From: Octopus bimaculoides
Lineage: Eukaryota
DNA length: 64,000 nt
Direction: 5' to 3'
NCBI RefSeq assembly: GCF_001194135.2
Contig: NC_068983.1
Coordinates: 11,517,035 to 11,581,034, forward strand
The translations under genes and the position numbers were made by a program. Position 1 is the first letter of the stretch, and each line of letters begins with the position of its first letter. Below are positions 22,147-36,499 of this stretch, in pieces. The notes under the pieces were generated by a model. It ran no database searches, was not told the origin of the DNA, and saw only the letters and a program-made list of their open reading frames with translations.

Positions 22147-25029
22147 AGCTCATCATATCTTTCAAATTTTTCTGTTCTTTCACATCAATAACAGTATGAT
22201 GCCTTATTATATGAAAGATAATTCATGAAAATAATAGATTTTTATGAATTAATATTATGTCTAAAACTAAGTATTAAGAGATTTTGTTATTTATTTTTAA
22301 TGTATAAATGCTTGTAAACATAAAGATATGCATGACACACATACACATGCACACACACACATAATGATTTTCCACAAGTGTACATACGCAAAAATTAAAT
22401 AATCTTTTTTATATTATATTACAACCCATGCTAGCATGGAAAGCGGACGTTAAACGATGAGGATGATGATGATGATGATGATTAAACATGAAAAAAGTAG
22501 GGAATGAAAACGAACACTGGTGCAAAAGTTTTAAAATGGTCTTGTGTAGTCATGTGATCGTATCTGTTAATTCTCAATCAGTAGCTATTTAATTTATCTC
22601 ACATTACTGGGATAAATAATCGTTGAACTGACTTTTACATATAAGATGTCCATAAATGAGTGTCTAACCCTACTGACTACAAGGAAGGAGTTTGGAACTT
22701 GTAATATTCGAAGGCCTTGTAAGTGTAAATGAAAGGAAACAGTCACAACTAGGAATTGAAATTAGATGGAAGATTCAACTAGCAAGAAGATTACCTTCTA
22801 TTTTGCAGAACTTGCAATTTTTTACAAAAGGATTTTACTCTCTCTTTAGAGCAAAATGGCAAAAACTAAAACTGCTGTAATTGACACTGACAAAATATGC
22901 CTTGAAAAACTTTCAAGTCAAATTCTCTTATGGATTATTCCCACTGCAAAATATTAGAATCAAAAGTTTCCCTATTAAATGATCCACATGTGCCTGCATT
23001 AATAATTGTATCCTGTAAATATCCATTTCAACCAATTTTGAAACCTTTCAAGATATTTTTCTTTTCTGTATGCATGACTTTCTGTTGATTACCACTAACT
23101 CTGGCCACCCCCCTCATAATGCAAATGATATATAAACTGTATCCCACTACCTTTTTTAAATTTAGCATCTTTGTATGTAGTAACAATCAGAAACTCTTAC
23201 TAGGGAGCCATCTGGTGAGATTCTTTGCTGTTTCTTACAATGTGAATCCAACACAAGTTTTACAACATCTTATCTTCAATTTTCATGTGCTACACATATC
23301 TTAAACAAGCCATTTCACTATGAATCTAAAGATGTTGTGAAACCCTATGTTTCAATGTTATATCATGGAGGTTAACCTTCTCTTCAAATTCAATGCAAAC
23401 AACATTTTTAAAGGGTCAATTATGACATATGAAGATTTTTCTCATATCTAACATAAATAAATGAGGAGTCATTTGACTACTACATTTTAAAATACATTGA
23501 GAAATGAACCACTTTGAAATATTGTTGAAATGAGAACATCTTGTTTTTTTTTTATAGTTCTATTTTTGTATAATTATATATTAATTATATTTTAAATAAT
23601 AAAGTTTTCTACTCAATGCATATTACTATTTGACAGTAAAAAGATGTTTTGAAAATTAGGTGCATCAAAACTTTTGAAATATAGATTTAGATGTTAGTGT
23701 TGTTGTACATCACTTGCAGAATCATTGTTGATGAAAGTTTATGAAATTATGGACAATAGATATTTTATTTAAGAATATTTCACACTAAATTGTAAAACTA
23801 CTATTATTGCAAAACTTCATGATAATTATAATTTTATAAACCCACATCTGTAGAAATGTTTAAAATAATCTTTGAAGAATTAGTTATGAAAACTTAAGAA
23901 GGTTTTAATAGTAAAGACAACAAAATACTAAAAGAACAAGCAGTTATTGAATTTGTACTATTTACTTGAAAAAATATTATTTTTCTGGGTTGGGGGATTT
24001 ATTTAAGGTTAGGCTTGTATCAAAAGCTTTTGTGCAAGTTCAATGACAAAATGTAAAAGAAGAAACAGTAGCAGAATCTTTTTGGTTAAATGTTTGTCCT
24101 ACTTCTGTCAAGGAGAAAAACTATTTATAAAAACATCAATAAACAAAATTTGAAAATTGAAAACCATGAAAACTATTGCAAAAAAAAAAAAAACAGTATG
24201 TAAAATCCTAAACTAGTTGATTTAGTTGTTGTTTATCCCCAGTCCTTATCAAGAAAACCTATGATCAAAGGCATTTTTATACATTTAGGATTACATTGCC
24301 TGATATGCTCTTGATCTTAAATAAGATTAATGTAAGGATGATTTATTAGACTGCTATTTCTAGCAGAGTATGATTTGAGGGAGTTTTATTCGGATGCTGT
24401 TTTAGAAGTCAGTTTAGATATGTAACTTGATAAATAAGGAAAATGAAAACTAAACAGAAATGTTTCTAATTTAAACTAAAACGATTCTAATGAGTGAAAT
24501 TAACTGTGGGCAAAAAACATTTGATGTTAATGATATCGAGAAAACTTTGTGCCTATGGTTTGAAATAATAGGTTTTGAAAGAGAGGGAGAGAAAGAAAAA
24601 AAAAAATGATAAATCTTTTAGTAAAGCGAGCTGTGATATTAACAATGATAAGAATATATGGCAATAATGGTGATTATTTTGACCACTGATGTGGCAAATA
24701 GAGAAAATGTTATTAAATTATTTAATGGTGGTGCCTCAGTATTGTCATGGCCAGATTGTTGAAACCAGTAAATGAGTAAAATTATAGTGATTTGTTTTGA
24801 AGCTTTTGATCAAAGCATTTACCAAGTTAACCCTTATAAGAAACAGAAATCAAAGTAATACCTATATAGTTGACCATGGAAAGAATGAACAAGTATTTCA
24901 ACCAGTGCAATAAGAAAAAGATATCCCAACAATCTCATATCACATTTTTATCATAAAAAAATATCTCCAAATTACAGCACAACTGATACAGCAGTTACAT
25001 TTAGCTAGATCCAATAGTAAATAATGTCG

Positions 25030-25443
25030 TCTCCTTCATTGGACATATAACTCGGCTTGAAAAGACCTGTTGGGGCAAGCGAAAGCGAAATTGTGATGGC
25101 ACCTGTACCCAGCGTTGCTTTACTGGCACGTGTAAAGACATTCAAGCGAGATCGTTGCCAGTGCCACTGGACTGGCTCCTGTGCAGGTGGCACGTAAAAT
25201 ACACCATTTTGAGCGTGGCCGTTGCCAGTACCACGTGACTGGCCATCGTGCCGGTGGCACGTAAAAGCACCCACTACACTTTCGGAGTGGTTGGCGTTAG
25301 GAAGGGCATCCAGCTGTAGAAACTCTGCCAGATCAGATTGGAGCCTGGTGCAGCCATCTGGTTCACCAGTCCTCAGTCAAATCGTCCAACCCATGCTAGC
25401 ATGGAAAGCGGACGTTAAACAATGATGATGATGATGATGATGA
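25030..25443 (+). mobile_element. SINE family C
   Basis: Same core and (GAT)n tail as 14760-15342. Confidence 0.85.
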
Positions 25444-25804
25444 GAGAATAACCACTTTTAGTTTTATCATTAATTCTGATCCAAAACCATAGCAGAGACA
25501 AGCTCAGAATTGCCACCATACTGCTAATGATCAGACAAACTTCCTACAGCATTTTATTTTTCATTTTTATTAATTTAAAACTTTAGAGATGTTCCTCTTG
25601 ATTTTTATCTTCACAAAGGGTATATTAGAGTTTCTTGGCTTACAACATTAAATGTATCATTTCCAATTCTATTAATTGTTTATAATGCATCAAGTATTCC
25701 TAGATATTAATGCCCTCTTTGAGTCATTCTTTTAGCTAGCATTAGTTTCTGCAAGGTCATTGCAAATAACATGAAATTTCATATATATATATATATATAT
25801 ATCA

Positions 25805-26200
25805 GCGTCGCCTTACTGGCATTTGTGCCGGTGGCACATTAGAAATTCATTCAAGTGAGGTCGTTGCCAGCACCGCTGAACTGGCTCCTGTGCAGGTGGC
25901 ACATAAAAAACACTATTTCGAGCATGGTCGTTGGGACAACAAGGTTTTGCTTGTCTGAATTATTACCATTATTATTAAGGTGGTAAGTTGGCAGAATCAT
26001 TAGCACACTGAACAAAATATTTAATAGCATTTTGTCCATTTTTATATTCTGAGTTCAAATTCTGCCAAGGTTGACTTTGCCTTCCAAAATTTCATCTTCA
26101 ATGAAGTAAGTACCAGTTGAGTACTGGGATCAGTATTATCAAATGACCCCCACCCCCCACCCATTGCCCGAAATTTCAGTCTTGTGCCTATAGATTGAAA
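25805..26200 (+). mobile_element. Family C fragment followed by a diverged family B SINE
   Basis: Similarity to other copies. Confidence 0.7.
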
Positions 26201-26559
26201 GTATTATTATTGTAGTTGTTGTTCTTGTCATTATTTGGTGCAGGTTAAAGAAAATAAACTATATTTTTGATTAATCTAATTTAGTGATACTTATCAATTA
26301 AACTCATTCTCATCAAAGACAAAATGCCCAGATGGAAAGTAAAGTCTCTCCACAATTTTTCAGACATACTAAAATAAGAAGAAGAAAAAGGACAAAACTA
26401 AATTGATTTACATAAAACTACTGACAATTATTTCATTCACAAGACACTTCAAAAGAAGAAAAAGACTGAAATAAATATGTAAAATAAATATTAAAAAAAA
26501 CTAATAAATACTAAACAAAAAATAGCAACTTAAAGGATATGATTGCCTAAATATGAACT

Positions 26560-27463
26560 AAATGTACATCAATATCAAATAGACCCAGCAAGCCAAGTGA
26601 GACAATAATCCGAGGCCTCTGTCAGGGGTGTAGCCAGCCCACTTATGCGTACCTTTCTTTCATTGGACACTAAACTCTGTTTACGAAGACCTGTTGAGGC
26701 AAATGAAATCGATCCAAATTCGACAACTGGCACCCATGCCAACCCTCCTTCATTGGACACTAAACTCGGCTTGCGAAGACTGTTGGGGCAAGTGAGATTG
26801 AAATTGTGATTGAACCAAATTCGATGACTGGCACCCATGCCAACCCTCCTTCATTGGACACNNNNNNNNNNNNNNNNNNNNNNNNNNNNNNNNNNNNNNN
26901 NNNNNNNNNNNNNNNNNNNNNNNNNNNNNNNNNNNNNNNNNNNNNNNNNNNNNNNNNNNNNNNNNNNNNNNNNNNNNNNNNNNNNNNNNNNNNNNNNNNN
27001 NNNNNNNNNNNNNNNNNNNNNNNNNNNNNNNNNNNNNNNNNNNNNNNNNNNNNNNNNNNNNNNNNNNNNNNNNNNNNNNNNNNNNNNNNNNNNNNGTGGA
27101 GTGCTAAGAGCACCGTCTGAGGAGCTGTCTGGTTTCCGTGCTAGTGGCATGTGAAAAACCATTCAAGCAAGGTCGTTGCCAGTGCCGCTGGACTGGCTCC
27201 TGTGCAGGTGGCATGTAAAAAACACCATTTTGAGCATGGCTGTTGCCAGTACCGCCTGACTGGCTCTCATGCTGGTGGCACGTAAAAAGTACCCACTACA
27301 CTCTCGGAGTGCTTGGTGTTAGGAAGGGCATCCAGCTGTAGAAGCACTGCCAGATCAGATTGGAGCCTGGTGCAGCCATCTGGTTCTCCAGACCTCAGTC
27401 AAACTGTCCAACCCATGCTAGTATGGAAAACAGACGTTAAACGATGATGATGATGATGATGAT
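26560..27463 (+). mobile_element. Long family C element with about 100-bp internal tandem units spanning an assembly gap
   Basis: Repeated ttcattggacactaaactc...actggcacccatgccaaccctcc units; gap 26862-27095; (GAT)n tail. Confidence 0.8.
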
Positions 27464-28633
27464 ATATATATATATATAAAATTTCTTGATTATCATTGGA
27501 ATCAACATATATTACTGGTATTTTATTGATCCAGAAAGAATAATGGGTAAAGTATTTGATGTGATTTGTCTGTGATGTATCATAATGTATCTATTATTTT
27601 ATAACTTAAACTGAAGTTGACATTGTCTAACGTATGATACTTTCTATATGTAATATATAATCATATATAATATATAATACAGCTTAATATGTACTTTGTT
27701 GTATAACAGGATATATTTTGGTGATATCACTTTACTCACATATATACATACCACATGTAAAAGTGTAGCATACATAAAAATAGATACTTCATCACACACA
27801 TATGAAACAACACACATATGCAAGCAGACACAGTAACTTTATGCATTATATATTATCATATAAATTATACATGACATATTGCTGTAATAATATACACTAT
27901 TGTATAAATTATACATAATAATATATCACTGTGATAATATATATAGTCACATGTGTTATCACCGTAACTCTATGCATCTTATTATTTTTCATCTGACAAC
28001 TTTGAGTAGTAGTTATGTGTGTTGGTTCAATTCTGATACCAGGTGGTTGATACATAATCTTGCTTTATGCAATGGTAATTTTTCCTTTTTTGCTTCAGAT
28101 ATCAGCTCCTCCAAAACAAAAGGGCAATATTCTTAGTTACATGTTTTGCATACTCCACAGTTATAAATTATGGGATAGAGAAAAGCAGTTACTCGCATGA
28201 CATATGACATCCATTTAAATCAACTTAGAAAAGCTAAAATGGAGTACAACACTGAACCAGATACAATATAATCAAAATAAAATAGGGAAAAAGTTATTCA
28301 AAAGATATAAAATTTTAAATGTTGGCATGTTAGGGAGTAGAAAAAATTAGGTAATAGTGAAATAATGCTGTTCAACATAATAGGTTTTCAATTAGTTAAT
28401 TTAAATAAATGTCATAAGTTATATAAGTGTTTAACATTTTTATCTCATAATTTATAATTGTATCAGGATTTTTCAAAACATATAACTTGGAATGCTGTCC
28501 TTCTATAATGAACTTGATCACAACAGATGTCTTCTGTTTGTTTAATGTCTGTGATATATATATAATCTAGCTATTTAATATCTGTTATGAGACTTGAATA
28601 TCAATAGCCCTGTATGGCTTATAGTAAAAATAA

Positions 28634-28636
<3 letters not shown>

Positions 28637-28680
<44 letters not shown>
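28637..28680. repeat. (TG)n microsatellite (one of many AT/TG/AG/AAT/ATC tracts in the window)
   Basis: Directly visible. Confidence 0.95.
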
Positions 28681-28683
<3 letters not shown>

Positions 28684-29474
28684 TCTGTGTTATGCTAAAG
28701 GGCGGTGCATAATACCAGAATTTTTAACAAGTCAAATACAGCAAGCTATTCCAAATCATTGTAAGAGTGCCCACATAAATGGAGTCAAAACCGACTAGTT
28801 AGTACTGGCATTGAGTTGTATTTTTGAAATGCTTTAACTGAGGAAGGTTTACGTAATGGATGCATTTCCTATTACACATAACACAAACCTGAAACATACA
28901 TACTAAATGATTTCAAAATATTACTATTTGGTTTGACTTCATTATTACAACTACACACACATAATGAACTAGTTGGTCTGCTAAACGTTTTCTCATTCTA
29001 ATATTTTGCTTAAGTTGTTTACAAACTTTACCTAAATATTGCAGGGCTTAAACATAAATCAGTGAATCTATTAGATACTTTAGCAGTATATATATATATA
29101 AAAGGAGTAAAAATACTGGAGATTCAGTATACACCACATGGCAAAATTATGAGTTGAAAATATGTGGAAAACATATATAAAAAATGGAAGACAAATGCCT
29201 TCGTTTCACATAGTTTAATATCTTTTTATAAAGAAATTTTTTAAAATGTATACGTATTTTATGGGTGTAGTGATATCCAACCCGTTTTTGCTATTTAAAT
29301 TAGCTTTTCAAGGGACATTGTGAAATAATCAATTCTTGTGACAAAGGCGTCTCACCATTTTGGATGCTTGAAAAATAAGAATGAGTCTAGAGAGTGGACC
29401 AAGGGAGGTAACAAGTGGCAAGGGGGACAACTAACTCCTCAAGTTTGTATATTAAGGTGTGGTCTGTACTTTTG

Positions 29475-29512
<38 letters not shown>

Positions 29513-30457
29513 CTGGTCACACAATGTATATGTATAGCTTTGCTCATGGATATAAAAAATCATACACTTTGTAATTTGACTTTAAATCATAAGTAGAATG
29601 TATATTTCCATCTGAAGTATCAAAACCTATTTATCAGACAAGCTACAAACAAAATGAACCATTCATTATTTTCCCATGTTTATGTGAGAAGGTACATACA
29701 CCACATACAGACTCATTTATATCTATGTATGCACACACCTACATGTAAACATATATATATACATACATAACACACATACTTATTCATATATATATATATA
29801 TATATACATACACACACACACCTGTAAAAGTGATAGGAAAGGCATCTTACTGTAGAAAACATGCCAAAATGGAATGTTCTAGAAAGGCAAAGACCTTGCT
29901 CAGGAAGGGTGGGGCAGAGACTCTGAATAATAAGTGCTAGACACTACGTGAAATTCTTTACTCTTTCTGCTTAGCACTACCTCCCTAATAGTGGTAACTC
30001 AGAAAGACCTTTTCAGATCATTGGCTTGTTTTTCAGGTGTTCTCTGCATGAATGTCACTAATTTTGATAAAGAATCTAACTTATGCCAGCATGGTGAAAA
30101 GCAGATGTAAAATGATGATGATAATGATATCTATGATGTGTATACAGAAACATGCATNNNNNNNNNNNNNNNNNNNNNNNNNNNNNNNNNNNNNNNNNNN
30201 NNNNNNNNNNNNNNNNNNNNNNNNNNNNNNNNNNNNNNNNNNNNNNNNNNNNNNNNNNNNNNNNNNNNNNNNNNNNNNNNNNNNNNNNNNNNNNNNNNNN
30301 NNNNNNNNNNNNNNNNNNNNNNNNNNNNNNNNNNNNNNNNNNNNNNNNNNNNNNNNNNNNNNNNNNNNNNNNNNNNNNNNNNNNNNNNNNNNNNNNNNNN
30401 NNNNNNNNNNNNNNNNNNNNNNNNNNNNNNNNNNNNNNNNNNNNNNNNNNNNNNNNN

Positions 30458-30492
<35 letters not shown>

Positions 30493-30654
30493 TTATATAT
30501 ATATATATCCAAATACACACACACCTGCATGCATACATATATACGCATTTATGCACACACATGTACATATACACACATTCATATATACATTACACATACA
30601 CACACACATGTACACATTTTGTATGGCTAATGAATTTCTTTGATATATTGAAAT

Positions 30655-30738
30655 TATATGATTAATGAATTATTTGATGAATGAATTACATGATTAATGA
30701 ATTACATGATTAATGAATTATATGATTAATGAATTAAT
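30655..30738. repeat. 16-bp minisatellite atgattaatgaatta(c/t), about 5 copies
   Basis: Directly visible tandem units. Confidence 0.8.
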
Positions 30739-32501
30739 AATTTAAAATGGTACTTGCATGACGAAAACAAAATTATTGTTACTGTTTATAAACTAAAATA
30801 ATTCAAAATCAGTGTTTCTTATATTGTAACTTAAAAAAAAGGAAATTATAAAACAGACATATAATTTATAATTTATGACAAATGTAAACCAATAAATTAA
30901 TTATTAAAAGTAGCAGATATTTATGATGTAGAAAATAATTTTGGAGATGACTGTAATTATATGGTCACAAATTTGAACTAACATCTATTTATAGTTGGAT
31001 AATATCCATAATCTCATTTAGTCATGCTTAGGAATCCATCCAGAAAAATAATTAGGGTTACTTCTGATAGGATGCTATGGAAGAAGTGCCTGATAACTTT
31101 ACCCACACAACCATCCCAAGAACAGTGGGTGGAGAAAATGGATGGATGGATAGATCTAATTTATTTTACCCATTCCAGGATGGTGAAAAGCAATGCTAAC
31201 TCTAGTAAGGTTTGAAATTAGAATTAGAGGGGTGAAAAACAATAAAAGTCCAATGTTCTATTTCTCACTTAACCCCTGAACTTAGCTACAATAATCATAT
31301 GATATTTTAACTTCTGCTACAATGATTAATTAGATTTTTTTAGCAAATAGTGTTAATTGAATGAGAAATATATTTTTATAGTTAACTCTCCTAAAATTGA
31401 TAGAAAATGAATAATCACAATTTACATTTTGCTTTATTGTAGAATCTAAATTACTCTTGCTTTGATTTTTTACATATAGAAAAAAAAAAAANNNNNNNNN
31501 NNNNNNNNNNNNNNNNNNNNNNNNNNNNNNNNNNNNNNNNNNNNNNNNNNNNNNNNNNNNNNNNNNNNNNNNNNNNNNNNNNNNNNNNNNNNNNNNNNNN
31601 NNNNNNNNNNNNNNNNNNNNNNNNNNNNNNNNNNNNNNNNNNNNNNNNNNNNNNNNNNNNNNNNNNNNNNNNNNNNNNNNNNNNNACACACACACACACA
31701 CAATGCTTTCATGTGTCTGAGAAATATTTAATGGCTTTTATTGTTTTTATGGTAATAAAATATAATTTCATTTATTATATCATCATCATAATTATTAGTT
31801 TAGCATATCAACATTTTGAAATTTGTTACAAATTATCAAACAGACATATTTGTTAGAAATTTAGTATTTACATTTTTACACTTCTAAAACTTATCTTTTA
31901 ATAATAAATAAATTAAAGCATTTCTAGCTAAAAAAAAAACAACTTTTTTTCTTTATTCACTTATTCTAAACACAAATGATAGAATCCAAGAGATTCTCTG
32001 AAATAACTTTGTGTTTTGTGTACATCATAGACGTAGAGATTGAGATGAATTATTTGACTGTTAGTTACTCCCCACACTCACAATGTAGGTTAATCCCTTC
32101 GTTTGCATTGTAGTTAACTTTTTAAAACAAAAATATAATGCAAAATGCATGTATATACACGTAAAGTTAAGATGGTCTGCATAATTAGGATTCAAATAAA
32201 GTCTAAATCTAGTATTATAGATGAGTTTGAATCAGGTGAGAAATGATTCAATCAACAGCAATAATCAAAAATATTCTACTGCTTTCAAGCATACATCAAC
32301 ATGAAAGGGTAAAAAGAAACTTATGTTAAATGCATGTTGTGAGCAATGAGTAACATGAAGGAAGTACAAAACAAGATGACCTGTTTTTGTATTTACTGGT
32401 TAGTTGATACGAGTTGTCCAGCAAATCCTTTTTTGCACAGAGACCTCTTGTTACTGAATAGACTTGGTCTTCTCTGCATTGGCAAATGTCTGAAATTGAT
32501 G

Positions 32502-33599
32502 CAGACTGATAAATTTTTATCTTAAATATTTGGGATCAGGGGTGTTTCTGATTTTAGATGTCTGAAGATTTTGAAATTATTGTTATTCATTGCTGGAAGA
32601 AGCCTGTCGTATATGTATATATATATATATGTATGTGTGTGTGTTTGTTTGTCACCCCAGCATCACTTGACAAACAATGCTGGTGTGTTTACGTCCCCGT
32701 AACTTGGCGGTTCGGCAAAAGAGACCGATAGAATAAGTACTAGGTTTACAAAGAGTAAGTCCCGGGTGTTGATTTGCTCGACTATAAAGGCGGTGCTCCA
32801 GCATGGCCACAGTCAAATGACTGAAACAGGTAAAAGAGTATATTTACATCTATAAAATGGGACATCTATGGCTGGGACCGAAGCCTAAATGCATCATAAT
32901 GTGAAGACAGTTTTAATACAGTGCAACTTTGGTTTATGAATTTAGTTTGTTTCTGAAGGCCATTCATCGCCCAAAATGTTAGCAAATTGAAACTCTTTTT
33001 ACCGGAAGAAATTCAAGAGAAGGCATGGTGAATTCAATCAGGGATGTGCACTGAGTGATAGCTAGACAGCAACTGACACTCTCCTGCTGATACTCCTAGC
33101 TTGTCACCAACAGTTGTCAGCTTTTATGTTTGTTGCTTGATATAGCATATGTTACCCTATTTGTGATGAGAGGCATTCATAAACTGAAGTTCCACTTACA
33201 GTGGATTTATAAGAGTTTTAAATAATTTTGTACCCATACATGTACAAATAATGATGCCAGTCAAATATGAGGAGGTGAAATTCAGATTTGATGTTAAAAT
33301 ATTTCAGTTAATTATGATGAATGTTCAGTTGTTCTATGATCATCAATCTGAAGGTGTTACTATGGTAGCACCTGACTATAAAATGGTGTCAACTTGGTCC
33401 CAGGAAGCCCAACCCAGAATGGAGGAATTCATTACTAACACCTGGCAGCCTACTGTGTGACACAAAACAGTTGCACATCACCTGAGAACTTCACTAACGT
33501 TTTCTAGAATTTTCTATTTGTAGCACATCTCACTTTAAAACTTTTTGATTTGGGAGGTCTTTGGATTTCAAAGATTTTGTATAAATCAATATCAGCTTG
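32502..33599. mobile_element. Degenerate pogo/Tigger4 (Zombi/MER46)-like DNA transposon with a nested family A SINE 3' half (about 32590-32840)
   Basis: Ends resemble the recalled Tigger4 termini (ttatc..aaat..ttggga.cag..gtgtttc.gattt and aaa.ttt..gattt.ggag..ttt.gattt); internal gggacc.aag.ctaaa and aaggtgt.actat motifs. Confidence 0.5.
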
Positions 33600-34224
33600 C
33601 ATAGTTAATTTAATGTTTTATGATTAATTTACAGATTTAATGCACTAAATAATAACAAATAGCAAATCATTAATATATCCAGTTCATGTCAAACTTCGTC
33701 TTTGAGTAAATATTCTGGCAATAGTAAACCTGTGTGATCCATAATAGACATTAATGTGCAACATACTATGCTACAAATAAGGTCTAAAAAATGTAACCCT
33801 CTAATTTAAAGATAGTCAGGAGTATCTTGGTTCCTACAATGAACAAACTGACTAACTATGTAACAGCTTCTGGTACAGAGTGCTGCTTACTATACTATGA
33901 GAAAATAGATGTGAGAGAGGTGAGTCAGCTTATTTAAAAATGAATTTATATTTACAACTGAAATAATATCCAGTGACAAGAGTAATTAACCCAAACATAT
34001 GCCAAAGTGGTTTTCTATGAATAAGCAACTTTTAATTATTTAAGACTAATAATGTTTAAATTGTATAACTTCCCTAAAATAACAATTTTGTTTTGGTTGT
34101 CACCACCAGAAAATAGAGAATTATTGGTTATAACATTGATATTTATCATTTATCTACATGAGGCGTTTTTAGTTTATATTAAATACTGTCAAAGAATTCA
34201 TCTCAAACTTTAACAATGCAGAAA

Positions 34225-34278
<54 letters not shown>

Positions 34279-35251
34279 TTCAGAAAGCTAACATATAGCA
34301 CAAGTACATAACACCGAAAAAAGGAGAGCGCAGCAACAACAGAAAGCAGTATACTCTGCTTATATAGACAGTCCTTCTTCCAGTTAAACAGATGACAAAT
34401 ACAGAAATACTTTAAGCACCGGACATTAAATATCAAAGCAAATACTGCATATAGAGTGTGAAGAAAAAAATTGATTTTCACATGAAAGATAAATGTAAAA
34501 TGAAAAGAATTAAAATAGGGGCTAGAGTGGAAAATAAATTTTGGTGAAAAAAATCTCTATTGAAAATAGGCTGAAAGCAAAATATTAGTAAATACCTTTG
34601 CTAATAAATATAAAATAAAACAAAAAATAAAAGGGCCAGTTGCAAATATTTCTTATTGTTTCCACCTCTTTTTAAAAAATTTCTTTGCTAATGAAAGCAA
34701 ATTAATTTTTAGTGATTCAATTATATTGGATTTAATGGACTCAATTACAAGTAATTTTTGAAGCACAATTTGTCATTATTGATTTCACATGGGTATTAAT
34801 TGTATTGTACAGATAATTATTATAATGTAGCTAGTATTTTATCATTCTTACTTTAGATTAGTGTTAAAAGGTATTACAAATTTTAATCAACACTTTATTT
34901 ATAAACTTGCCAGAATTTTAATTAAAAAATAACAAAAACCATGTAATTTTTCAGTAAAGTAGATGTGTCTCATATTTAAATTTAACAACTTAATATAATT
35001 TATTTTATATAAATGCATTGAAGGCTACCAAACTATTATTTTTGACTTAATTAATTCTACTGGAGTAGGATGAAGTTTTGCCAATATGTTAGCAAAACAT
35101 CCAAGAAACAGAATAAAGACATTCTGCTTGCTGGATTCTTTTAAAAAATTTCATTTTGATACAAGTTGCACTAGTACATTTACAAATATCTCTCTTCTGC
35201 TCACACACATTGACCTTTAATAAGATTGTCATCCTGATGATGATATCCTCT

Positions 35252-35376
35252 CAGGGTCGACAAATTAAGTACCAGTGAAACACTGGGGTCGATGTAATCA
35301 ACTTAATCCCTCCTCCAAAATTTCAGGCTTTGTGCCCCTTAGTAGAAAGGATTATCATTATTATAACTACTACTAC

Positions 35377-35409
<33 letters not shown>

Positions 35410-36468
35410 GGCAGTGACTTGGCAGAATTTTTAGCATACTGAACAAAAAGTTTAGTGGTATTTTGTCTGTCTTTTTGTTCCGAGTTCAGATTCTGCAGAG
35501 GTTGAATTTGCTTTTCATCCTTTTGGAATCAATAAAATAAGTACCAGTCAAGCACTGAGGTGATGACATCATCTTACCTTTTCCCCTAAAACTGCTGGCC
35601 TTGTACCAAAATTTGAAACCATCATTATTTTTATTATTATTATTATCACCATCACATACATTCAACAGATTAGACTGTCGGAAAAGAAAAGAATCCTAAC
35701 ATCGGGTTACAACAAGCTGCCTTAGATGCCAAGAATCCTCCTAAGTGTCCTGGCTGTCCCTAATAACACTTTACTAGAGCTGTGCTAAACTGGGTTTTAT
35801 GCTTATTTCCTCTATCCATCTGTTCAAATCTTTAGGGATAGTTCCCAATGCACCAATAACTACTGGGATACATTTTACCCACACTTTTTACACTCTTTGT
35901 AAGTCAATAGCTAGGTCCTGGTATTTTGCTATTTTTTTATACCTCTCATATTAATTTTTTATTATTATTATTATTATTATCATTATTATTATCATTATTA
36001 TCATCATTATTATTATTATTATTAAGATGGCAAGCTGGTAGAATCGTTAGCATGCTGGGCAAAATACTTAGCAGTATTTTACTCGTCGCTACGTTCTGAG
36101 TTCAAATTCTGCTGAGGTCAACTTTGCCTTTCATCCTTTTGAGGTCAATAAATTAAGTACCAGTGAAACACTGGGGACGATATAACCGACTAGTCCTCTC
36201 CACCAAAATTTCAGGCCTTGTGCCTACAGTAGAAAGGATTATTATCATTATTATTAAGGTGGTGAGCTGGCAGAATAATTAGCACACTGGGCAAAATGCT
36301 TGGCAGTATTTCACCCGTTGCTATGTTCTGAGTTCAAATGCTGCCAAGGTTGACTTAGCTTTTATTGTCTCAGGGTCAATAAATTTAGCACCAGTCAAGT
36401 ACTGGGGTTGATGTGACTGACTTACTCCCTCCCCATAAATTTCAGGCCTTGTGCCTATAGTAGAAAGG

Positions 36469-36499
<31 letters not shown>

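Noticed and set aside
23130-23260. SPDGS resembling the RIM pre-PDZ motif
   Set aside because: In-frame stops and no usable splice sites
25453-25543. Phase 0-1 hydrophobic ORF (EVCLIISSMVAILSLSLLWFWIRINDKTKSG) that could splice to the PDZ exon
   Set aside because: Weak donor (gttatt), poor pyrimidine tract, no similarity to RIM strand beta-A, and it abuts a SINE tail
28039-28106. Open frame ELISEAKKEKLPLHKARLCINHL with GAG acceptor and gtatca donor
   Set aside because: Weak sites and no recognisable homology
33251-33460. TWQPT resembling the RIM VTWQPS motif
   Set aside because: Wrong strand and inside the Tigger-like element
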